A DNA stretch of 64,000 nt from an uncultured Phycisphaerales bacterium (lineage in GTDB: Bacteria; Planctomycetota; Phycisphaerae; Tepidisphaerales; Tepidisphaeraceae): the NCBI GenBank assembly GCA_963758525.1, contig CAVWVQ010000003.1:512001-576000 (forward strand), written 5' to 3'. The translations under genes were made by a program, and so were the position numbers. Position 1 is the stretch's first letter. Each line of letters opens with the position of its first letter. The notes beneath the pieces are model-generated. The model searched no databases, had not been told where the DNA came from, and saw only the letters and a list, made by a program, of their open reading frames with translations. Of the stretch, positions 37,195 to 47,281 are shown in pieces.

Positions 37195-37807
37195 CTAACA
37201 AACGATAGAAGCGTCCGACGTGTCGTCCTCGAATTTCACGCCGGCGTAAATTTCCGCGAGGGGAATGCTCATCGGGACGCTCTGCAACTGCATCGCCGCG
37301 TCGATATTTTTCCACGGATTCAGCAGCCAGGCGCCGTGGGGTTGTCGTAGAAACGTTTCTACCAGCGGATATTGCTGCGACACCACCACATATTCCTGCA
37401 GCGAGGGGACCTGGCGGTACAAGTCGAATTTCTGTCCGCGATCATAACGTTCGGTTGAGTCGGACAGCACCTCGACGACAATGCGAGGGTTCGTGATCGT
37501 CGTCTGATTCGGATCGTCAACATCGAATTCCGGACCACCGCAGACGATGCTGATGTCCGGATAGACATAAGACGCGCGGCCAGAAATGCGGACGCGCATG
37601 TTGCTGTCGAGGGGGCTCGCACGGGTTGTTGCGCAGCCGCGTGCCGAAGGCGACGAGCAGATTCGTGTTGATCCTGCTGTGCCGATAGGTGCCCCCCGAC
37701 ATCGCAAGAATTTCCCCGTCGTGATACTCGTGGCGCTCCTCCGCCTGCTCCTCCATTGCGCAATACTCAGCGATGGTGTACCGACGTTTTTCCGCAGGCA
37801 TCGTCAT
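37195..37807 (-). CDS. Uma2 (DUF820) family endonuclease-like protein (frameshift in a C run near 37612)
   Basis: YTIAEY..ME.....RHEYHDGEI.AMSGG...H..I, then YPDISIVCG, NP.IVVEVLSDSTE.YDRG.KF..Y...PSLQEYVVVSQ. Confidence 0.9.
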
Positions 37808-37845
37808 TCACAAAGTTTGAATTGCTGCAAGCTGAAAGCTGAAAC

Positions 37846-40800
37846 CTATTTAGCACTATCCCCCCGCAGCACCTCATCCACTGTCGTCGTGAACGTCCCC
37901 ATCACGCTGGTCTCCACCTTTGGCTGCGTGATCGTCCCCTTTACGTTGATCTTCAGCAGTTCGTCCCGGGCGCCTTTGAGCAGATCGTTCAGGATCGGCA
38001 CCTTGATCCCGCCGGGGTTGTCCGTCACGAAGCTCATGCGCACCTGCTTGGTGCCAAAATCGAGATGGCCGGTTCCGGTCATCAGCATCGTGTCGGAGCG
38101 AAGCTCGATCTGATCGAAATTCACGCGCTGTCCGTCAAGGCTGTATCGCGCCGTGCCGCGGTGGAATGGCTGGGCGATGGGCAGGGCAAGATTGGTCACC
38201 TGCAGCAGGCCCAGGATCAGCGGAATGCGATACATCTCTTTGCCGGTGACCAGGACGTCGCCCCGGCCGCGCCGCGATGACAGGTCGCCCCAGGCTCCTT
38301 CCAGCGAGAGGCTCGCAGTGAGATCTCCCTGGATCGAGGGATCGGTTTCGCGTGCCAGCTCGCGCACGTCGGCGTTCCGCACCACCAGGTCCAGGGTATA
38401 GCGCGATGGGCCGTCGTTCGGAAAGGCGATGTCGACTTCGCCGGCCATCTCTCCGTTGGCAAGCTCCGCCTCCATCTTGGTGAGCCTCAGGCCGCTCCCG
38501 TCCTCGGAACGGATCAGCTCCGCGCCGAAATGATGCAGCGTTCGGCCGGCCATGGAAAAGCTGTCGGCATCGATGTTTCCGTGAATTCCGGTGAGAGCAC
38601 CGTCGCGAAATTGGGCATCGAGCCTGATCGTTCCATCGACGTCATCCAGGGGGACGCCGACATCCAGGCCGCCGCCGCGCAGCGACAACGCAAGAGAAAA
38701 ATCGAGCGCGGAGCCGGCGGAGGCGGCGGCGGGCAGCACCGGCGCAGCCGCCGAGGGCTGCGTCGCCGGAGGCTGCGGTGCGCGATACACAAGCTTGGCG
38801 AATCGGAAATTGCACGGGCCGTGCAGCTTGAGCCCGTCGATAATCGTCTGTACGGATTCCGGCATGGCATCGCGCAACGCCGGGCCGATCATGACGTCTT
38901 TTGCGGTCAACTGAAGATCGAAGCTCGGCTGCGCGACAAGCTCGCCGGTTCCTGCCAATGTGAACGCGGCATCACCATGCCGGGCGGTCAGACCGGAGAT
39001 GATCAGGTGATCGCCGTTGATCGATATTGCGCCTTTGACGGCATCGAACCGATACGGCAGCCCCACCGGTTTGATTGACAGGACGCGCGGCTGCAAGACC
39101 AGCCGAATATTCTCCGCCGAGGCCGGTTGCGTCGGCAAAGTTGCGTTGGCGGTTGCCGGCTGGGTGGTCGGAGCGATGCTGACATTTGCCGGCTGGGTTG
39201 CCGGAGCCGCGCTGACGCTCGTCGGCCGCGTTTCCGCAGCGACCGACGCGCTCGATGGCGGCGCCTGCGCCGCGTCGGGAGCCGGCGCGCCGGTATAGGT
39301 CAGGTCGACATCAACCGTTCCATGCGGCTGCAGAGCGTCCCAGCCGGCCTGCGCCCTTGCAGGGAGCAGACCGTGCAAATCCTGATCCAGTTCCAGACCC
39401 ATGACCTGCGCCTGAAGTGAGATTCGCGGTTCTCCCGCCGGCCAGCTCACGTCACCCGCCACACCGACGGTCGCACTGCCGCGATGTGCCGCCGCATAGT
39501 CAATCCTTAATTCATCCGGCGTCAGTTGCATCGCAGCCGAGACATTCGAGAGCGAAAATGTCGATCCCTGCGGCGTCATCTGGCCGTCGGCCAGCTTGAG
39601 TCTGAGATTGAAGCTGATCGGATTGTCCGTGAAGTCAGCAGCATCCGCCGGAGATGTCGTCGGCGTCGAACTCTTTTTCTTCACCACCGGCGGCGGTTGC
39701 GAGAGATCACCGTCGACATCGAGCATTCCTTTGACGCCCAGCTTCGTAATCCAGCCGCGCTTGTCGGCGGGGATCGCCGCGATGAGCTCCCCGTCGAGCG
39801 GAACGCGCCGCGCGATCAGATGCAGCAGCGTCCGAATCGGCCGCCCGCCGGGCATCGCACTGAGATCCACCGGCGCGTCCGGGTCGAAGCCTGCCCCCCA
39901 GGCAACGCGACCATCGATATCAACCGACGATTCGCCGCGCTGCGCCTGCATGTGTTGCACGTCGACGTATCCATCGCGGACTTTCAGATTGCCGCGCACG
40001 TGATGCAGCGCGTACGGAAAGCCCACAACCGCGCCGCTCGCATCGTCCAAGGCAACATCCGTATCAAACGTCCAATGGCCGCCCCGTCCGCCGGGGTTGT
40101 GGGCGCGGGTGACGAAATCGCCAAAGTAAGAGGGATATTGCGGGCCGTTTGCCCCCAGCAGACGCAGGGCTTGGCGCACCTCTGGCGGAAACGCCTGCTC
40201 TAGCGCCGGTTCAGAGCAGACGCCGCTCCCGGAGACACGCACATCCACCGCCGGGTCGGTGTCTGGTATCAGCGGGCCGATCGACCCTTCGATCGTCACG
40301 TATGAATCGCGATTGGGCCCCCCTTCAACACCCCGCCCGCGGACATCGATGATATGCACCGTTTCGTTCTCGTTGTTTCGGTCCGGCCCGAACACGATTT
40401 TTCCAGTCGCCTCGCGAAGCGGATACGGGAAATGATCGAACGAAAACTGGCCGTTGACGATCTCCACGCTCCCGCTGGCGATTGGGCGCCCTGCCTCCGA
40501 CGGACGCTCCAATTCCACGTCGATACGGGCCGTCCCCTGCGGGCGCAGGCTGTTGTAGAACTCTCGAACGCCACGGGGAAGCGACTGGACGTACCTCGGC
40601 GACGCGGGGATATAGATGTTCTCAGTCTCCAACGATGAAACGCGAATCTTAAACGGCGCGGTCGGACCATACCCCGCGTAGTGCCCGCTGACGCGCACGC
40701 CGTTATTCTCGACGCGCCCGCTCAGGTCGTTCACCTCGATTCCGCGCTCGGTGAAGATCAGCATCCCGGAGACCTGGCGGAGCGCGATTGTTTTCTTCTC

Positions 40801-41802
40801 CGCGACCTGCGAAAGATCGCGAAAACGAATCAGCGACTCGGCGCCCCATTCTTCGGGCCCGACCGCGAGTGTGACGCCGTTCAGATTGGTCTCCACACGA
40901 AACCGGGGGGGTGTTCCGTCGCGGGCCGGCACGTAGCGCACCACGGGAATATCCAGGCGCCCGGCCAATTCGTGACGCTGCCACCAATCTCGGACCGCGG
41001 CCGGCAGCATCTTCTGAAGGTCATGCCCAAAGTCCCAGTCCTGTCCAAACTGGAAGTTGCGCAGGTTTGCATCCATCCCGCCAGTCGCGGTGTCAACCGT
41101 TCCGGTCACGTACGGTCCCACTCCTTCGCTCCCGCGACTTTGCAGCTCAAAGGAAAAATGCTGTCCGTCGGCCGAGGGAAGCACCTGCCCGTCCAGCGCC
41201 ATCGACCCCTGCTCGACCAGCTTTCCGTTGACGACTTCGCTCATCTCCAATCGCGCGTTGCGCAGGAGTATCTCCGGCAGTTGCGCCGCCGGCATCCGCG
41301 AAGGGAGTACGGGCCGGGGTCGCTTGGCGCGAAGTTTGGTCAGGCGGTGATAATTCCAGAGGTTGTCAGAGGGGTTGACCGCGAGCAGGACGCGCGGCTT
41401 CTCCGCGATGATCTGCGTTGCCTCCAGTTGGCCGCCGAGCATCGAGCGCGGATCGTAGAGCACGATGATCGTCTGAGCGTTAAATATCACCGAGTCGGGC
41501 GCGTCCCCGTCCTCGTCAACATGAACTCTGACATTCTCCAGCCGCAGACCCTCGAAGATAGACAGCCGGGCAGCGCCGACTTCGACGCGGCCGCCGATGA
41601 GCCTGGTGAGATAGGACTGCGCCATTTCCCGCACGCGAGTGGAGTCGGTGAGGTAGTCGTAGCCGCCGATGATCAGGCACAGAACGGCCAGCAGCATCGC
41701 GATGGCCCAGCGGCGCATTCGCCCGCAATGGGGACGGAATGGGTGGCCGGCGCGCCACGGGCGGTCGAAGAGGAGTTCGGGGCTGACGGAATAGCGCGAC
41801 AT
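37846..41802 (-). CDS. Large AsmA-like envelope protein
   Basis: N-terminal TM anchor, long beta-rich body with repeated FPY.L segments, and AsmA-like C-terminus (G.G.LDF.....INVKGT...PKV). Confidence 0.75.
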   Translation of the reverse strand: MSRYSVSPELLFDRPWRAGHPFRPHCGRMRRWAIAMLLAVLCLIIGGYDYLTDSTRVREMAQSYLTRLIGGRVEVGAARLSIFEGLRLENVRVHVDEDGDAPDSVIFNAQTIIVLYDPRSMLGGQLEATQIIAEKPRVLLAVNPSDNLWNYHRLTKLRAKRPRPVLPSRMPAAQLPEILLRNARLEMSEVVNGKLVEQGSMALDGQVLPSADGQHFSFELQSRGSEGVGPYVTGTVDTATGGMDANLRNFQFGQDWDFGHDLQKMLPAAVRDWWQRHELAGRLDIPVVRYVPARDGTPPRFRVETNLNGVTLAVGPEEWGAESLIRFRDLSQVAEKKTIALRQVSGMLIFTERGIEVNDLSGRVENNGVRVSGHYAGYGPTAPFKIRVSSLETENIYIPASPRYVQSLPRGVREFYNSLRPQGTARIDVELERPSEAGRPIASGSVEIVNGQFSFDHFPYPLREATGKIVFGPDRNNENETVHIIDVRGRGVEGGPNRDSYVTIEGSIGPLIPDTDPAVDVRVSGSGVCSEPALEQAFPPEVRQALRLLGANGPQYPSYFGDFVTRAHNPGGRGGHWTFDTDVALDDASGAVVGFPYALHHVRGNLKVRDGYVDVQHMQAQRGESSVDIDGRVAWGAGFDPDAPVDLSAMPGGRPIRTLLHLIARRVPLDGELIAAIPADKRGWITKLGVKGMLDVDGDLSQPPPVVKKKSSTPTTSPADAADFTDNPISFNLRLKLADGQMTPQGSTFSLSNVSAAMQLTPDELRIDYAAAHRGSATVGVAGDVSWPAGEPRISLQAQVMGLELDQDLHGLLPARAQAGWDALQPHGTVDVDLTYTGAPAPDAAQAPPSSASVAAETRPTSVSAAPATQPANVSIAPTTQPATANATLPTQPASAENIRLVLQPRVLSIKPVGLPYRFDAVKGAISINGDHLIISGLTARHGDAAFTLAGTGELVAQPSFDLQLTAKDVMIGPALRDAMPESVQTIIDGLKLHGPCNFRFAKLVYRAPQPPATQPSAAAPVLPAAASAGSALDFSLALSLRGGGLDVGVPLDDVDGTIRLDAQFRDGALTGIHGNIDADSFSMAGRTLHHFGAELIRSEDGSGLRLTKMEAELANGEMAGEVDIAFPNDGPSRYTLDLVVRNADVRELARETDPSIQGDLTASLSLEGAWGDLSSRRGRGDVLVTGKEMYRIPLILGLLQVTNLALPIAQPFHRGTARYSLDGQRVNFDQIELRSDTMLMTGTGHLDFGTKQVRMSFVTDNPGGIKVPILNDLLKGARDELLKINVKGTITQPKVETSVMGTFTTTVDEVLRGDSAK

Positions 41803-41809
41803 GGCGAAG

Positions 41810-43015
41810 CTATCCCATGCGTCCTGGGCGCAGATTGGCAAGGATAGAACCGGCTGCTGCTGCCATCGGCGGAATCGCCGGCTGGAGATAGCGCAGGGAG
41901 CCGACCGAAGCCATGTGCACGACTGTGAGGTATGCCGCCGGTATCATCAAAAACACCTTTGCCGTCAGGGGGATTCTTCCTCTTATCAGACCCGCCAGCA
42001 ACAGCAGATCAAACGGCACGCAGTACGACAATGCCACCGCCCGGTACGCCGAAGAGGAGTACTGCTCGCTGAGCGGCACCGGCGACCAGAGCCGGGCGAG
42101 CTTCAGAAATGCCAGCGCTATCACGCGACGCGGATGATTGAAAATAAACGCCCGCGCACGACCGGCCAGGTAATCAGATCGCTCGACTTCGCCCATATCG
42201 CGCAACTGAGGCATTTCACGGACAAACGCCTGATTGCTTCCGCCGGTGGCGGCGGGGTTCCAACCATCATACGCCGTGATTCCGCCGTTGGTTGTAGTCC
42301 AAATCCAACGGCCGAGCACGCTGGGCCGCGAATTTCGCCATGCCCAGGGAAGAAGGATGACAGCGACGACCGCTGCTGCCAACACCGCTCGCCTGAGTCG
42401 AGCGGCGCCGCCGCCCCACGACGCCACAGCGAAGATCACCGGCAAAAGCAACACCGACGGGCGAACATATATGGAGAGAGCGAGCGTGGTCGTCCCTGCC
42501 ATCCAGAACCACTTTCGCCGTGGAATAGCGGCAGCATCGTTTCCGTATGACAGCAGAACCATTCCCCACGCGAGCATCGTTGTGAGCAATGTTTCAGAAA
42601 GCAAAAGTCCCGAAAAGTAAATCAAGAGCGGGTTGATCGCAACGAGCAGTGCTGCAAGCAATGCGGCGGCATCCTTACCTGACAAATGCCGGGCAAGAAG
42701 AAATGTCGCAAGTACGGTCGACGTATCCAGCAGCGATTGCAACAGTCGAACGAGCGGAATCAGACAGTCGCACTTTGCGATCATCCACGGATAACCCGGC
42801 ATACGGTAGGCATAGACCGTTTGGCCAAATCGCTCATCAAAAAACTCCGATCCCGCTCCGTAGAAAATGTTGCTCGCAATCGCCAGGTACTCTCGTTGAT
42901 CCGGCAGGGCATCGATTGCCTCTTTATTGCCGGACTGCCTGAATGCCCACCCAAGGCGCAACGAGAGTGCGAGAATAAGAACAATCCAAATAGCCCGCGG
43001 ACGCCGTTGAAACAC
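41810..43015 (-). CDS. GT-C fold membrane glycosyltransferase (ArnT/PMT-like)
   Basis: D..EY..IA.N, AYRMPGYP, LLSETL, LPWAWRN, TTNGG, RY..P; multiple TM helices. Confidence 0.8.
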   Translation of the reverse strand: MFQRRPRAIWIVLILALSLRLGWAFRQSGNKEAIDALPDQREYLAIASNIFYGAGSEFFDERFGQTVYAYRMPGYPWMIAKCDCLIPLVRLLQSLLDTSTVLATFLLARHLSGKDAAALLAALLVAINPLLIYFSGLLLSETLLTTMLAWGMVLLSYGNDAAAIPRRKWFWMAGTTTLALSIYVRPSVLLLPVIFAVASWGGGAARLRRAVLAAAVVAVILLPWAWRNSRPSVLGRWIWTTTNGGITAYDGWNPAATGGSNQAFVREMPQLRDMGEVERSDYLAGRARAFIFNHPRRVIALAFLKLARLWSPVPLSEQYSSSAYRAVALSYCVPFDLLLLAGLIRGRIPLTAKVFLMIPAAYLTVVHMASVGSLRYLQPAIPPMAAAAGSILANLRPGRMG

Positions 43016-43058
43016 CGCGGCAACACTACCAGAAATTTGTGTCGCTCACTTATGCCAC

Positions 43059-43172
43059 CCGTGGAACGGGCATCCTGCCCGTGCTGGTGGCGCAGCAGTA
43101 AAAAAGATTCCTTGATCGCGGACAACTTGTTTTCCCCCTCGTCGCCAGCACGGGCAAGATGCCCGTGCCACC
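43059..43172. repeat. REP-like doublet (family B)
   Basis: GTGGAACGGGCATCCTGCCCGTGCTGG ... CCAGCACGGGCAAGATGCCCGTGCCAC. Confidence 0.85.
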
Positions 43173-43184
43173 AGGGCAAGCAAA

Positions 43185-45206
43185 CTACGCCGGGTCGGTG
43201 GCGATCTTGCGCATTGCGGACTCAAGGCGTTGAAAGCTGATCGGTTTTGTGAGGTGATCCGCAAACCCCGCTTCCCGGCTCTTGCGCAGGTCCTCGTCCA
43301 TTCCAAAACCGCTGAGCGCGATGCCGCGCACGCCGTGACTCTGGCGGAGTTGCTTCATCAGATCCAGCCCGCTGCCGTCGGGCAGGCCGATGTCGCTCAC
43401 CAACACGTCGAACTTCTGGGCGGCGAACGCTTTCAACGCGCCGCCGACACTTTGTGCCAGCGTTACGTCATGGCCCAAGTGCCTGAGCAATCGCTCCATT
43501 GCACGAGCGGTGTCTTCGTGATCGTCCACCAGCAGAACTCGCAGCGACTTGGGAGCTTCCGCAGAGACAGCGGGCGGGGCGCCGGAGGAAGGTTTCGGCG
43601 CGTCGGCAGGCGTGAAAGCCGCCGTGAACACGGCGCCCTTTCCTTTCCCGTCGCTCCGCACGGACAGATCTCCGCCCTGCATCTGCATCAGCGATTTGCT
43701 GATCGTCAGTCCCAGCCCCAGCCCCCCGTACTGCCTGGTGATCAATCGCTCGCCCTGCTCGAACGCGTTGAACAGCCGCGGCAGCAGATCCGCGTCGATG
43801 CCGATTCCGGTATCGCGCACCTCCAGAAACAGACGCTCTGCCGCTCCCTCGTTCCCGCGAAAACTGCGGACGCTCACCGAGCCCCCTGCCGGCGTGAACT
43901 TCAGCGCGTTCTTGATGAGGTTCCAGGCGACTTGCTGAAGTCGCGCTGCATCGGCAAGCACCCACGGCGCCGCCTCGTCCAGGTCCACGCGCAATTCCAG
44001 GCCCTTCGCCTCAAACTCCGGGCGGGCGGTTGTGACCACGGTCCCCACCGCTTCGAGAAGATTCGTGGGAACCACGTTCATCGCGAGCTTCCCTTTGCCG
44101 ATCCGCGTCAGATCCAGCAGATCGTCGATGAGCTGCGCCTCCAGTTCCACGTTTCGGCGAATCATCTCCAGCGCGGATTTGGATTCCACGCCGATTCCCG
44201 GCTCAGACTCCAGCGACTGCACGGTGGACAGGACCGGCGTGAGCGGAGTGCGCAACTCATGGCTCAAGATCGACAGGAAACGGTCCTTGGCCGCGTTGGC
44301 GGATTCGGCGGCGTCCTTCAACTCGGCCATTTCCGCCGCGAGCTGGCGATCGCGCTGCTCGCTGGCTTCGGCGGCAGCACGCGCCTCTTTCTCGCGGGCG
44401 AGCATTTCCGCGCGATATTTCTCCGCCAGCTTCCGCTCGGTGATATCGACGCATGACGCGATGTAGCCGGCAAGCGTCCCGCCGGCCAGCAGTCGCGGCG
44501 CGCCGCTGCACAGCACCCATCGCCACTCCCCGTCCGCGCGGCGCAGACGGAATTCCAGATCGAATCGCGCGCCGTTGCGGCCCGCGGCGTCGCAGGCGGC
44601 CAGACAGCGGGCGCGGTCCTCCGGGTGCACCGCGTCGGCCCACCCGAGCCCCGCGCCCGTCTCGGCGGTTTGTCCGGTAAACTCGAGCCACGGCCGGTTT
44701 AGATAGACGCTCGACAGCTTCTCATCCGTCACCAGCAGCATGATGGGCGCGGCATCCGCCATGGTGCGAAACCGCTGCTCGCTCTCGGCGCCGCGCGCCG
44801 TCGCGGTCTGCGCCTGAGATTCAGCCTCGCGGAGCCGCACGACATGACGAACCGCCTGGCTCAAGAGATCGCGCGATAATCGCGACTTGGATAAGGAGTC
44901 ATTGGCGCCTGCCTTCATGATCTCCACGGCAAGCTGCTCATCCACCGGGCCGGTCAGCATGATAATGGGAGTCTGACAGCCCGCCTTGCGTACCTCGCGC
45001 AGCACGCTGAGGCCGTCGATTCCCGCAAGCTGATAATCGAGCAGCGCGCAATCGAAGGGTTCAGAGAGCAGCAGCTTCATGCCCTCCGCGCCGCTGCATG
45101 CCGACAGATATTCCGCGCCGAGCCCCGACGCGTTGAGCGCGCTGCGGGCCATTTCACGGTCAACTTCGTCATCCTCGATAATGAGAATTTTCACGCGCTG
45201 CACCAT
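43185..45206 (-). CDS. Hybrid sensor histidine kinase (REC-PAS-HisKA-HATPase-REC)
   Basis: ILIIEDD...LLDYQL; PAS W...VHPED; LSHELRTPLTP; QVAWNLIKNALKFT; DTGIGI; GGLGLGL; VLLVDD...SDIGLPD...HLTKP. Confidence 0.95.
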   Translation of the reverse strand: MVQRVKILIIEDDEVDREMARSALNASGLGAEYLSACSGAEGMKLLLSEPFDCALLDYQLAGIDGLSVLREVRKAGCQTPIIMLTGPVDEQLAVEIMKAGANDSLSKSRLSRDLLSQAVRHVVRLREAESQAQTATARGAESEQRFRTMADAAPIMLLVTDEKLSSVYLNRPWLEFTGQTAETGAGLGWADAVHPEDRARCLAACDAAGRNGARFDLEFRLRRADGEWRWVLCSGAPRLLAGGTLAGYIASCVDITERKLAEKYRAEMLAREKEARAAAEASEQRDRQLAAEMAELKDAAESANAAKDRFLSILSHELRTPLTPVLSTVQSLESEPGIGVESKSALEMIRRNVELEAQLIDDLLDLTRIGKGKLAMNVVPTNLLEAVGTVVTTARPEFEAKGLELRVDLDEAAPWVLADAARLQQVAWNLIKNALKFTPAGGSVSVRSFRGNEGAAERLFLEVRDTGIGIDADLLPRLFNAFEQGERLITRQYGGLGLGLTISKSLMQMQGGDLSVRSDGKGKGAVFTAAFTPADAPKPSSGAPPAVSAEAPKSLRVLLVDDHEDTARAMERLLRHLGHDVTLAQSVGGALKAFAAQKFDVLVSDIGLPDGSGLDLMKQLRQSHGVRGIALSGFGMDEDLRKSREAGFADHLTKPISFQRLESAMRKIATDPA

Positions 45207-45367
45207 ACCCGCGACGCCCGCGCAACCCTAGCCCTCCCCCGGCGTACCAGGGGAGGGGAAAAGCGGGCCAGCCTAAAATGTGACACACGCTTCATCTCGG
45301 CAATTTGCGACGGGCGAGGGCGCGTGATACGGTAAAATGTCGAATTCATTCGTGAAAGAGGGACCGT

Positions 45368-46081
45368 TTGCCAGACTACGCACAATACGCATCAAGTTCG
45401 ACGGCGTTCAGCGGCGAAGTGCCCGCCAATCTGCAGTGCGGCTTCTGCAAGGCGCCGATCCAGGGAGCTTTCTACCGGACGTTCAACCGCTTCGCATGCG
45501 AAAACTGCGTCAAGCAGATCAGCGGCGTGATCGAGAAAAACGTGGCGGTGCCGGGGCCGCTGTTGAAGGCGTCCGCGGCAGGGCTTGTGGTCGCGGCGGT
45601 TTGCGCGGCGGCGTGGGCCGCGATCGTTCAGATCACCCATTATCAGATCGGCATCGTGGCGTCATTCATCGGCGTCGCTGTCGGCAAAGCCGTTTTCATC
45701 GCGTCAGACAAGCGACGCGGTCACGCGTATCAAGTGATCGCCGCGCTCTTTTCCGTGGTGGGGATTCTCGGCGGCAAGCTGCTGCTGACTGGATGGCAGG
45801 TTGCCGACGAGCTGAGCCGTCAGAATCTTGCGGCCACGCCGATTCAAATTGTGCGAATCGTCATCAAGTTTACCGAGAACGATCCGTCGGCGGTGTTCAA
45901 CGCTTTCGATCTCCTCTGGGTCGGCATCGCGGTCTACGCGGCGTGGCGGATTTGCAAGGCGCCGCAGATCACTGTCGCAGGGCCGTTTCCGCTGAATCCG
46001 ACTTCGACCAATCCAATGCAATTTGACACTGTCGAACATGTCGATCCAGTGGAATCGTCCGATTTGCCGGAGGCGCATTGA
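45368..46081 (+). CDS. Membrane protein with N-terminal CxxC-CxxC zinc-finger-like motif
   Basis: CGFC...ACENC, then about 4 hydrophobic segments; overlaps the next gene (TTGA). Confidence 0.65.
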   Translation: MPDYAQYASSSTAFSGEVPANLQCGFCKAPIQGAFYRTFNRFACENCVKQISGVIEKNVAVPGPLLKASAAGLVVAAVCAAAWAAIVQITHYQIGIVASFIGVAVGKAVFIASDKRRGHAYQVIAALFSVVGILGGKLLLTGWQVADELSRQNLAATPIQIVRIVIKFTENDPSAVFNAFDLLWVGIAVYAAWRICKAPQITVAGPFPLNPTSTNPMQFDTVEHVDPVESSDLPEAH

Positions 46082-47079
46082 CGACAGCGTCCGCGCCGAC
46101 CTGCGCCCGTTGCGGGGCGGCGCTTCCAGCCGATGCATTGGCATGTCCGCGGTGCGGCGCGCTGATTCACGCGGAGGAACTCAAGCAGCTTGCTGCCGAG
46201 GCGGCATGGCAGTCGCAATACAACCCCGAGCGGGCGATCGCCCTTTGGGAAGAATGCGTCAAACGTCTGCCGCCGCAATCCAAACAATATGCCGCGACGC
46301 AAGCGGAGATCGGGAAGTTGCGCGCGAGCTCGCGGTCGACCGTGGAGGTTGAACCGGGCGCGGTTCCGGCCGCCCGCCAGGATCCATTGGGCGTCTCGCT
46401 GCTCAAGACCGGCGTTTCAATGCTCATCAGCATCGTCGTGTACAAGTTCAGCTTCGGCTGGCCCGGGGCGATCGGGTTTGTCCTGCTGATTCTCATCCAT
46501 GAACTGGGGCATGTCATCGCGAATCTTCATTACGGCTTGCCCGCGAGCGCGCCGATTTTCATCCCCTACGTCGGAGCGGTGATCAACCTGCGTGGGGCGC
46601 CGAAGAACGCGTACGTCGAAGCGGTCATTGGCATCGCCGGCCCCGTTGCCGGCGCGCTCGCATCGCTTGCCTGCTTCGCCTGGTATGCGTCGGGCGGCCC
46701 TCAAATCGCGCTGACCCTCTCCTGGTTCGGGTTCATGATGAATCTGTTCAATCTCCTGCCCGTCCCGCCATTGGACGGCGGCCGCGTGGCGGCGGCGATC
46801 AGTCCGTGGATCTGGGTGCTGGGGCTGGGGGGAATGGGCTGGATGCTGCTGGATGAATTCAAAGGCGGCCGCGGGCCGGGGATACTGTTGATCATCTTGA
46901 TTGTGGCGCTTCCCAGGATCATCAGCACGCTCAAACCATCCGGGCGCTCCGGCCCCTATTATGCGATCGGCAAGGTGGCTCCGGTTGTTATCGGCATCTC
47001 GTATCTTGCGCTGCTTGGCCTGCTTGCGGGCATGCGGTGGTATACCGCGGCGTTGTTGCCGCCGGGCAACGGTTTTTGA
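46078..47079 (+). CDS. Site-2 protease (M50 family) with N-terminal zinc ribbon
   Basis: CARCG...CPRCG; IHELGH; IAGP; NLFNLLP.PPLDGGR. Confidence 0.92.
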   Translation: MTTASAPTCARCGAALPADALACPRCGALIHAEELKQLAAEAAWQSQYNPERAIALWEECVKRLPPQSKQYAATQAEIGKLRASSRSTVEVEPGAVPAARQDPLGVSLLKTGVSMLISIVVYKFSFGWPGAIGFVLLILIHELGHVIANLHYGLPASAPIFIPYVGAVINLRGAPKNAYVEAVIGIAGPVAGALASLACFAWYASGGPQIALTLSWFGFMMNLFNLLPVPPLDGGRVAAAISPWIWVLGLGGMGWMLLDEFKGGRGPGILLIILIVALPRIISTLKPSGRSGPYYAIGKVAPVVIGISYLALLGLLAGMRWYTAALLPPGNGF

Positions 47080-47099
47080 GGACACCGCCGGGGCGGGGG

Positions 47100-47266
47100 A
47101 TCTCAAATTTGAAATTTGAAATTTGAAATCCCAGATATTTCAGATCCGAGATTTGAAATTTGAGATTTGAAATTTGAGATTTGAGATTTGAGATCTGAGA
47201 TTTGAGATTTGAGATTTGAGATTTTAGATCTGAGATTTCAGATTTCAGATTTGAGATTTCAGATTC
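47100..47266. repeat. Long GA(A/G)ATTT-type heptamer array (~20+ units) between convergent genes
   Basis: AAATTTG/AGATTTG/AGATTTC/AGATCTG units. Confidence 0.9.
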
Positions 47267-47281
47267 GAGAAAGATCCAAAC

